Shown here piece by piece: positions 1 to 6,975 of a stretch of DNA of 64,000 nt (the first letter of the stretch is position 1; every line of letters starts with the position of its first letter). The notes under the pieces are model-generated. The model was given only the letters and a program-made list of their open reading frames with translations. It had not been told where the DNA came from and searched no databases. The DNA comes from an uncultured Bacteriovorax sp. Lineage in GTDB: Bacteria > Bdellovibrionota > Bacteriovoracia > Bacteriovoracales > Bacteriovoracaceae. The stretch lies in NCBI GenBank assembly GCA_964593545.1, contig CAZQJK010000009.1, positions 17,505-81,504 on the forward strand, in the 5' to 3' direction. Made by a program: the position numbers and the translations under genes.

Positions 1-15
1 CTTGAAACAAAGCAA

Positions 16-210
16 TTAGCGTCTTATTGCCGAAGATTCAATTGTTTTAGATTCACTCTTGTTACTATCAGCAAGCATTTGATCAATTTCGGCCATCTCT
101 TTATAGAATCCCTTGTGCAGACATTGTGTGTCGTTACCTTGATCAGTGTTTGACTCGCTTATTGCAAATACATTAACTGTAAGTAAAAGTGCTAGTAATA
201 ATTTTTTCAT
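16..210 (-). CDS. Small secreted peptide A (64 aa)
   Basis: Signal peptide MKKLLLALLLTVNVFA, polar mature part with one Cys, purine-rich SD, sigma54-type promoter 34 nt upstream. Confidence 0.75.
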   Translation of the reverse strand: MKKLLLALLLTVNVFAISESNTDQGNDTQCLHKGFYKEMAEIDQMLADSNKSESKTIESSAIRR

Positions 211-243
211 GCTAAACCCCCGTATTGTTATTATTATTTATAC

Positions 244-260
244 TGCATTGTTCGTGCCAA
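244..260 (-). promoter_or_regulatory. sigma54 (-24/-12) promoter for peptide A
   Basis: Minus strand TTGGCACGAACAATGCA: GG-N10-GC, close to consensus YTGGCACG-N4-TTGCW. Confidence 0.75.
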
Positions 261-317
261 CAGTTCATACAAGTATTCAACAACTTACAATCAACACAAT
301 GAACTTAAATTATACAG

Positions 318-334
318 TGTCTAAAGTTTAGACA
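318..334. promoter_or_regulatory. Perfect palindrome, candidate enhancer-binding-protein site
   Basis: TGTCTAAA-G-TTTAGACA (TGT-N11-ACA), about 60-75 nt upstream of the -24 element. Confidence 0.45.
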
Positions 335-411
335 GCTCTGTATTGTTTTCAATTTAATACGTTCGCTTCCTAGTTTAAGTTAAATTAGAAAAATATCTCA
401 TAGGAGTAGAA

Positions 412-1359
412 ATGAAAGTTGTTAAAATACTTATCGCCCTTATAGCTCTATCTTCATTCGCCCAAGCGAAAGGACAAACAATGTGGGCGTCGATTCCATT
501 TATAAGAGGTGCTGATCTCTGTGCTTACAAGCAAGCTTATTCACAAACCCGCTCAGAATATATGGACGAAATGGTCGGTTTAGCTTCTGATCTTATGCAA
601 GCTGGAGCAAAGGGTAAGGAGGCTTTACAGATGCTTCAAACCTTTGATGCCATGTATGACAAAAACTTACGTATTGCAACTCAGTATAAGTATCTCGATG
701 TAACTTTAGAGAATACATTGAAAGCTTATCTTGATGGTTATTATAGAAGTTTTCCAGTATCGGATAGAAAATTTAGTTTTCGTCACATGAACGATATTAG
801 AAGAATTATCAATAATGCTTCAAACGATAGAAGAACAGGATACTTACCACCGAACTCATCTTCACTCGTTGACTACATCGCCTACGGAACCTATTCTTTT
901 GCACCAAACTGTAAAGGAAATATTCAAGTAACTCTTACAATGGTAGACAAGAATGGAATGACGACATCTTACCAAGGTATTGGCGCCCCAAGTGTTGTGA
1001 TGTCACAAATTGCATCAAGAATTTTTGAAGACTTTCAAGGGACTAAGTTTCCTAATACTATCTACGTTAATGGCTACAATCTTAAACTTGTAGGAACACA
1101 TAATGGATCAGTAGGAAAAGCGACAAGTATGAGACAAGCTGAGAATGCCTGTAAGAATAAACAAGCACGACTACCTTCTGCGAACGAACTTGAGGCAATT
1201 GATGCTTATGGTGACTGGAATGGAGGTGTATCAATTGGTAAAAGCGTTTGGGCGATTAGTGGCGGTATGGTATATCACCCAGGACTTATGAATCCAAGTC
1301 CGGTAAGATCTCCACATTCAATAAATGAAAAAGTATATTCTTATTACTGCGTAAAATAA
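412..1359 (+). CDS. Secreted hypothetical protein, C-terminal DUF1566/C-type-lectin-like motif
   Basis: Signal peptide, SD AGGAG; C-terminal AENACKNKQARLPSANEL...W...YYC pattern. Confidence 0.75.
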   Translation: MKVVKILIALIALSSFAQAKGQTMWASIPFIRGADLCAYKQAYSQTRSEYMDEMVGLASDLMQAGAKGKEALQMLQTFDAMYDKNLRIATQYKYLDVTLENTLKAYLDGYYRSFPVSDRKFSFRHMNDIRRIINNASNDRRTGYLPPNSSSLVDYIAYGTYSFAPNCKGNIQVTLTMVDKNGMTTSYQGIGAPSVVMSQIASRIFEDFQGTKFPNTIYVNGYNLKLVGTHNGSVGKATSMRQAENACKNKQARLPSANELEAIDAYGDWNGGVSIGKSVWAISGGMVYHPGLMNPSPVRSPHSINEKVYSYYCVK

Positions 1360-1363
1360 TGAT

Positions 1364-1387
1364 GGCCCTTAGGGGCCTTTTATTTTT
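1364..1387 (+). terminator. Rho-independent terminator
   Basis: GGCCC-TTAG-GGGCC followed by TTTTATTTTT. Confidence 0.65.
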
Positions 1388-2208
1388 AACTCGATCATTT
1401 TTTTTAGCTCATCTGCTTCCTCAAATCTCCCATGTTTCTCGTAACCGGCCAAAAGAATATTTGATTTTTCTATTAAACTTTCTAATGCCCACTTCTTCTT
1501 TTCTCTAGGAATTTTGAAGTCATCAAGTAAGTCACATATGGATCGTATACGCCAGAAGTCCATTGCAAAAAATCTTGTTGATAGCTGATCATCATGTCCC
1601 CCATGTTTTTCAACTAATGGCTCATCAACGAGATAGACCTCATGATGAAGAGAAATTTTTAGCCAAAGATCGTAATCTTCACAAACGGGATAAGAAATAT
1701 TAAAACGCGAATATTTATCAAGTAATGAACGCCTCATCATCACTGTTGAAGGACCAATAAAGCAAGAGGCAAGACATTCTTTAAAAATGTCTCCACTATA
1801 CTTACCCTGATATTTTTTCTTATTAACAAACTTTCCGTTTCGTATCCATTTTTCATCGGTATAGATAATATCGATGAAATTATTATTTGTGACTTCTAGT
1901 ACCTGCTTCTCTAATTTCTTTGGTAACCATTGATCATCAGAATCAAGAAACGCTAGCCATTCACCACGACTTTGGTCAACTCCAAAATTTCGAGCAAAAC
2001 TAACGCCTTGATTTACAATTTTATAATAGCGAACTTTTTCATTTGATTTCACTAAATTGGCAACTTGCTGGTCAGTGTTATCAGTTGAACCATCATCAAC
2101 AACGATTATCTCATAATCAGTAAATGTTTGTGCTAATACTGATTCGATGGCCTTAAGTACGAAGACTGCTCGGTTATAGGTAGGAATAATAACACTAACT
2201 AATGCCAT
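1369..2208 (-). CDS. Glycosyltransferase family 2
   Basis: VSVIIPTYNR, VVDDGSTD, FLDSDD, EDYDLW motifs. Confidence 0.92.
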   Translation of the reverse strand: MALVSVIIPTYNRAVFVLKAIESVLAQTFTDYEIIVVDDGSTDNTDQQVANLVKSNEKVRYYKIVNQGVSFARNFGVDQSRGEWLAFLDSDDQWLPKKLEKQVLEVTNNNFIDIIYTDEKWIRNGKFVNKKKYQGKYSGDIFKECLASCFIGPSTVMMRRSLLDKYSRFNISYPVCEDYDLWLKISLHHEVYLVDEPLVEKHGGHDDQLSTRFFAMDFWRIRSICDLLDDFKIPREKKKWALESLIEKSNILLAGYEKHGRFEEADELKKMIELKIKGP

Positions 2209-3576
2209 TTATAGATACTTCATGATGTTGCGAATCAGACTGAGTTTTCCCTCATATGGAGGATATCTCAAAGAGTTTTCAAATAAAAAGCTTCTCTTCA
2301 TTACTGATTTCTTATGGCTAAACAAATCAAACGAGTATTCACCGTGATAAGCACCCATACCACTTTCACCAACTCCACCAAATGGTAGTTTCTCATTCGA
2401 GAGGTGTATTAAAGTATCATTGATAACCATTCCACCGGAAGAAATATCACTAACAAAATCATCCTTACATGAATCAGTATCAAAAAAACCATAACTCGCG
2501 AGTGGCTTATCATGGTTCAAAACATAATTTTTTGCAGCTTCATAGTTATCTACAACCAAAACAGGTAAAATAGGGCCAAATATTTCTTCTTTCATTACAA
2601 GGGATTCACGGTTCCCCTCGACAACTGTTGGTTCGATAAAAAGTGTACTTCTATCTGAATCTCCCCCGATCAAGATTGAACTTTCTTCAATGTATTTACT
2701 AAGACGATCAAAGTGTCTTTCATTAATTATTCTTCCATAATTTGGACTTTGAACAACATCTGTAGTGTAAAAATAGTTTATCCACTTCTTCATTTCAGCA
2801 ATAAAAAGATCACGTGATTTTTCTTCAATAAGAATATAATCTGGGGCTACACAAGTTTGACCAGCGTTAAAGAACTTTCCCCACACAATCCTTTTAGCGG
2901 CAAGATTTAATTTATCTGTAAAAACAAGACATGGGCTCTTTCCACCAAGTTCAAGTGTTAATGGAGTCAAAAACTTAGATGCCTTCTCCATAATGATTCG
3001 GCCAACAACACCATTTCCAGTGTAGAAAATATAGTCAAACTTTAAATTAAGCAGTTCTGTCGTTTCTGGAATCCCACCTTCGATACATTTAACTTCACCA
3101 CCAATCGCAAATGCCTTCTCTATTAAGCGGGAAATTACCTTAGATGTATTTGGAGCAAGCTCAGAAGGCTTAATAATAGCTGTATTTCCAGCTGCTAACG
3201 CTCCAATGAGAGGAGCAAGAACAAGTTGAAATGGATAGTTCCATGGACCTATAATCAGCACAGTCCCATAAGGCTCAGGCACGATATAGCTTTTAACAGG
3301 AAAGAACGTAAGAGAGGACTTGACCTTCTTTGGCTTTCTCCACTTATTTATATTTTTAAGGGCAACATCAATTTCATGAATTACAAAGTCAATTTCTGAT
3401 AAATAAGATTCAAATTCACACTTTCCGAGATCGAGCTTTAAAGCATTGGCAATATCTTCGCTTAATTCTTGTATTGTTTGTTTTAGTTTTAATAGAACTA
3501 TTTTTCTCTTACTAGTGTCTTTCAAATTATTTCTCGCCGAAATAACTTGTTGGTAATACTGAGTAATGTCTTGCAT
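2209..3576 (-). CDS. NAD(P)-dependent aldehyde dehydrogenase (ALDH3-like)
   Basis: PWNYP, LELGGKSP, GQTCVAPDY, EEIFGP, PFGGVGESGMG motifs. Confidence 0.95.
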   Translation of the reverse strand: MQDITQYYQQVISARNNLKDTSKRKIVLLKLKQTIQELSEDIANALKLDLGKCEFESYLSEIDFVIHEIDVALKNINKWRKPKKVKSSLTFFPVKSYIVPEPYGTVLIIGPWNYPFQLVLAPLIGALAAGNTAIIKPSELAPNTSKVISRLIEKAFAIGGEVKCIEGGIPETTELLNLKFDYIFYTGNGVVGRIIMEKASKFLTPLTLELGGKSPCLVFTDKLNLAAKRIVWGKFFNAGQTCVAPDYILIEEKSRDLFIAEMKKWINYFYTTDVVQSPNYGRIINERHFDRLSKYIEESSILIGGDSDRSTLFIEPTVVEGNRESLVMKEEIFGPILPVLVVDNYEAAKNYVLNHDKPLASYGFFDTDSCKDDFVSDISSGGMVINDTLIHLSNEKLPFGGVGESGMGAYHGEYSFDLFSHKKSVMKRSFLFENSLRYPPYEGKLSLIRNIMKYL

Positions 3577-3628
3577 GGGATCCCCTAATTCTTTTCTTAA
3601 AGTATAGGGTAATTACAAATTTGAGGAA

Positions 3629-3654
3629 ATAAAAAAGGGCCACAGAAGTGGCCC
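3629..3654 (-). terminator. Rho-independent terminator of peptide B
   Basis: GGGCCAC-N4-GTGGCCC stem followed by a T-run on the minus strand. Confidence 0.85.
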
Positions 3655-3663
3655 AGTATATTC

Positions 3664-3852
3664 TTACTTTGATCTTCCATTTTCGCTTTTGGCAGGCTCA
3701 GCTGTTCTTACATCTCCAGAAGACGGAAGCTGTTCCTGATATGCACTATCATGAACTGTTTTTTCGCAACTAACATCAGATTTCTCATCTAATGCAAATA
3801 CATTTGATACACTACATACTACTAAGATTGTTAAAATTAAAGCTTTCATCAT
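3664..3852 (-). CDS. Small secreted peptide B (62 aa)
   Basis: Signal peptide ending SNVFA, polar mature part with one Cys, SD AGGGGG, own terminator and sigma54-type promoter. Confidence 0.8.
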   Translation of the reverse strand: MMKALILTILVVCSVSNVFALDEKSDVSCEKTVHDSAYQEQLPSSGDVRTAEPAKSENGRSK

Positions 3853-3892
3853 ATCCCCCTGATATTAATGTTAGGTTGTTTGTTATTTATAT

Positions 3893-3909
3893 TGCACAGA
3901 CCATGCCAA
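3893..3909 (-). promoter_or_regulatory. sigma54 (-24/-12) promoter for peptide B
   Basis: Minus strand TTGGCATGGTCTGTGCA: GG-N10-GC. Confidence 0.65.
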
Positions 3910-4026
3910 ATGATTTCACTTCTAGAGAAAGTGATTTTAGATACTTACCATCAAGAAGAGAGAGTAATTCTGTATATTTTTTAGTCACTGAATATTATTT
4001 TTACAGATTTAGCTAGATTAATTGAC

Positions 4027-4055
4027 AAAAAAAAAAGCCCGATATTATCGGGCTT
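4027..4055 (-). terminator. Rho-independent terminator of peptide C / RHS transcript
   Basis: AAGCCCGAT-N3-ATCGGGCTT followed by a long T-run on the minus strand. Confidence 0.88.
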
Positions 4056-4083
4056 AATTATTTAAAATAAATTTTAACAAAAG

Positions 4084-4281
4084 TTATTTCTTTGTTGAGG
4101 TACTTGTTCCAGCACTTTCTGTGGTCGTATCTGTCGCTGTAGTTGACTTACAAGTACCATCCTTACAACCTGAGATATTTGTACAGCTATCTGCACCACT
4201 TTGCTCGCCTACGCTTACGTCAGAAGCAAGAGTAATATTTAATGAGCTTAATATCGTTAGTAGCAATAGTATTTTCTTCAT
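4084..4281 (-). CDS. Small secreted peptide C (65 aa), positional analogue of Bd0108 (hit)
   Basis: Signal peptide, three Cys, Thr/Ser-rich tail, SD AGGAG; directly downstream of the RHS gene. Confidence 0.8.
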   Translation of the reverse strand: MKKILLLLTILSSLNITLASDVSVGEQSGADSCTNISGCKDGTCKSTTATDTTTESAGTSTSTKK

Positions 4282-4384
4282 TTCGATCTCCTATAGAGGG
4301 TATTTTATCATATAATGGTTAATCACCAACAATCACTTAGTATTTCAGCTTTTCAGGGTCTTAACCTGCCACTGAAAGTTGTCA

Positions 4385-6013
4385 CTACATATTTAAGTTA
4401 ACACCTGCAGGCTTAACAATCGATAATAATGACTGAAATGCTTGCGTTACCTGTAATGCCATTTTATGCCCTGCTTTCGATTCTACCTTTAGAATTTCAC
4501 CGTAGTTATCGTATTTAACATTAATTTTTCCGATGTTCTTCATTGAAATCTCAACAGGCTTTCCTTGAGCATTATAAATAAAGCTCAATTCACGCTTTTT
4601 GTTTGTTGATTTATCAAAGTCGTACATATTTGAAATTCGACCTTTTGAATCATAAGTTAAAAGTACTGACATATTTTTTGAATTCTCAGCTCTTTTCAAA
4701 TTACCTTTCTTATCATATTCAAATTTAGTCCAACCATTATTATTCGACACATTTGTAATCTTGTTAAACTCTGGGTGATACTTAAGTTCAACATAGTCTC
4801 CTCTTGAAGAATTTTTCTTAACAAGAAGCCCTTTGCTATTATATTCAAAATTTGTAACGAAGTTACCTCTTTTGATTTGCTTAGGTAATGAACAACACTC
4901 AGTATAGATAGTCTCAGTAGAAACATTATTTACGACAGTTAAAATTCTGTAAGTATAATGTGATCCATCTGGCTTTCTCTTAATTTCATACTCATAACGG
5001 TTTGTTACATCTTTCCCACCAGGGTTTTTCTTAGTAACTAGTGTCCAGTAATGAAACTCTGGGTTCTTTGGATTAGATTCATATTGATAAGCAACTGACT
5101 CACCATTTTTCTTTGTAACTTCTTCAACGAATTGTGTTTTCTTTGTATACTTAATCTTCATTGCTGAACCATCTTTGTAATTGATAGCAAGCATATTATG
5201 ATTGTGATCATAGTCGTACTTAAAAACATTTCCAGCAATATCTTTTGCTTCGATTAAATCGTCTTCTTTGTAAACGTACTCTGTTTTCTTTCCAGCACCA
5301 GATTCTACAGATTTAATTTTTCCATCTGGGTACCACTGAAAGAATATTTGTTTTGCCATTGAATCTTTAATAGATTTAAGGTTATTTCCTGAATAGTTTA
5401 GGTCTACAACGTATCCATTTTTATCTGTAATTTTAGTAAGCTTACCATCGTCGTTGAACAAATGCTCCTTACCATCATTATATTTTCTAGAGTATCCATC
5501 TTTAGTCTTAACAACTTTCTGAAGACCTCTTTCATTTGAATACAATTCTGAACCAACAGCTAATTTTGCAGAAACATCAAATCTCTTTGCATAGGCTTGT
5601 CTTAATTCTGCATCATTTGTCAGTTTTGTAATCAATGAACTTGCAACAGTTTCAGAAATCGAATTCTTTTTTCTCATTGCATCGATAATTTTCTTTGCAG
5701 CAGCTTCAGCATCAACAGACTTATTCGGTACAAATCTTGTTTTAGCTCCAGATCCATTTTCGTGTATCACAACAGAACCATCCGCCGATACATTCAAATA
5801 TGTCTCATAGTCAGATCCCCATCCAAAACCAAACCAACCTTTATCGGGTGATCTTGAGTTATAGGTTCTCTCAATAATGAGATCATGCCCACCACCTGGT
5901 ACAACAATATCCGTATAAGTGATATGGAAGTTACCATTCTTTAGATTAACGCCTGCAAATGCGCTTGATGCAAAAATACATAATAGTACAAAAAATTTAA
6001 AATTCTTCATCAC
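4385..6013 (-). CDS. Secreted YD-repeat/RHS protein with DUF6531-like N-terminus (Bd0109-like)
   Basis: Signal peptide, GVNLKNGNF...RTYNS...FGFGW, repeated YxYD/FEYD strands; no toxin tip. Confidence 0.9.
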   Translation of the reverse strand: MMKNFKFFVLLCIFASSAFAGVNLKNGNFHITYTDIVVPGGGHDLIIERTYNSRSPDKGWFGFGWGSDYETYLNVSADGSVVIHENGSGAKTRFVPNKSVDAEAAAKKIIDAMRKKNSISETVASSLITKLTNDAELRQAYAKRFDVSAKLAVGSELYSNERGLQKVVKTKDGYSRKYNDGKEHLFNDDGKLTKITDKNGYVVDLNYSGNNLKSIKDSMAKQIFFQWYPDGKIKSVESGAGKKTEYVYKEDDLIEAKDIAGNVFKYDYDHNHNMLAINYKDGSAMKIKYTKKTQFVEEVTKKNGESVAYQYESNPKNPEFHYWTLVTKKNPGGKDVTNRYEYEIKRKPDGSHYTYRILTVVNNVSTETIYTECCSLPKQIKRGNFVTNFEYNSKGLLVKKNSSRGDYVELKYHPEFNKITNVSNNNGWTKFEYDKKGNLKRAENSKNMSVLLTYDSKGRISNMYDFDKSTNKKRELSFIYNAQGKPVEISMKNIGKINVKYDNYGEILKVESKAGHKMALQVTQAFQSLLSIVKPAGVNLNM

Positions 6014-6053
6014 TCTCTATCCTTTCGTATGACTTTTCGAGTTCTCTGTTCAC

Positions 6054-6080
6054 TTATCGGGAAAGTCTAAAAAAACCTTA
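6054..6080 (-). promoter_or_regulatory. sigma28 (FliA) promoter for the RHS gene
   Basis: TAAGGTTT-N11-CCCGATAA vs consensus TAAAGTTT-N11-GCCGATAA; overlaps the tadB stop. Confidence 0.75.
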
Positions 6081-6968
6081 ATCTTTAATTTGAACAATTT
6101 TAAAAATTACCATGGTTCCAACAATATCTAGTACTGTAGCCACGATAAAGAGTAGAATTCCCACAGGATGGCTAAACATTCTCTCTATTGCCTCAGGATC
6201 ACTGGAGCCATACATAATCAGTATTCCGTATGGCATTGCGGCCATAATCATACCCTGAAAACGTCCTTGTGCCGTTGCAGTGTCGATCTTCTGTTTTAAT
6301 CTTACACGTTCTCTAATAACATCAACAATTGTATCAAAAACCTCTGCAAGATTTCCCCCTGTTTCCCTTAATATATTAACGGAACTAACGAACATATCGT
6401 TATCCTGAGTAGGGACACGTTTCGCCAAATTCTCGAAACACTCTTCCAAAGGAACACCAATTCTATTTTGCTGTAACATGACATTAAACTCTTGTGATAA
6501 TGGTGCCGGCATTTCATCAACGACCATCCCAATTGACTGAGGGACACTCAATCCTGCACGTAACCCATTTGCTAAAAGAGTAAGGCCATCAACCATTTGT
6601 AATTCGTATTCCTTAACCCTCTTTGCAACGAAGTAATTAATAATTGGTCTCGGTAATTTAAACCCAATAAACGCAAAGATTATTCCGAGAACAAAGCCTA
6701 ATACCCATTTGCCAAGCAAACCGAAGATAATAATTATTATCGCTGCTGAACCAAATGATAATCCAAGTAGCCCATATGTTATTTTTTCTGGGGCAATCTC
6801 AATGAAGAGAAGATCTAATTTCTCTAGAATATATGTTCTTGTTCCCATCGTTTGTTTTTCGATGAAATCGAAAATACCGACCGAGTACTTATAGCAAAAT
6901 GCAAAAAGAACTACTCCAATAAGAATTACGAGACCGTTAAAACCAATAAGGCTAAGAAAAAATGACAT
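6078..6968 (-). CDS. tadB: TadB inner-membrane platform protein (T2SS F family)
   Basis: LANGLRAGLS, QNRIGVP, ETGGNLAEV motifs; follows the Tad ATPase. Confidence 0.88.
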   Translation of the reverse strand: MSFFLSLIGFNGLVILIGVVLFAFCYKYSVGIFDFIEKQTMGTRTYILEKLDLLFIEIAPEKITYGLLGLSFGSAAIIIIIFGLLGKWVLGFVLGIIFAFIGFKLPRPIINYFVAKRVKEYELQMVDGLTLLANGLRAGLSVPQSIGMVVDEMPAPLSQEFNVMLQQNRIGVPLEECFENLAKRVPTQDNDMFVSSVNILRETGGNLAEVFDTIVDVIRERVRLKQKIDTATAQGRFQGMIMAAMPYGILIMYGSSDPEAIERMFSHPVGILLFIVATVLDIVGTMVIFKIVQIKD

Positions 6969-6975
6969 AACTCAT

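Noticed and set aside
322-348. TAAAGTTT (sigma28 -35) upstream of the 412 gene
   Set aside because: No -10 box after N11; it is the centre of the palindrome
4385-6013. RHS gene as a polymorphic toxin with downstream immunity gene
   Set aside because: No DPxG cleavage motif or toxin domain; the downstream gene is a secreted disordered peptide
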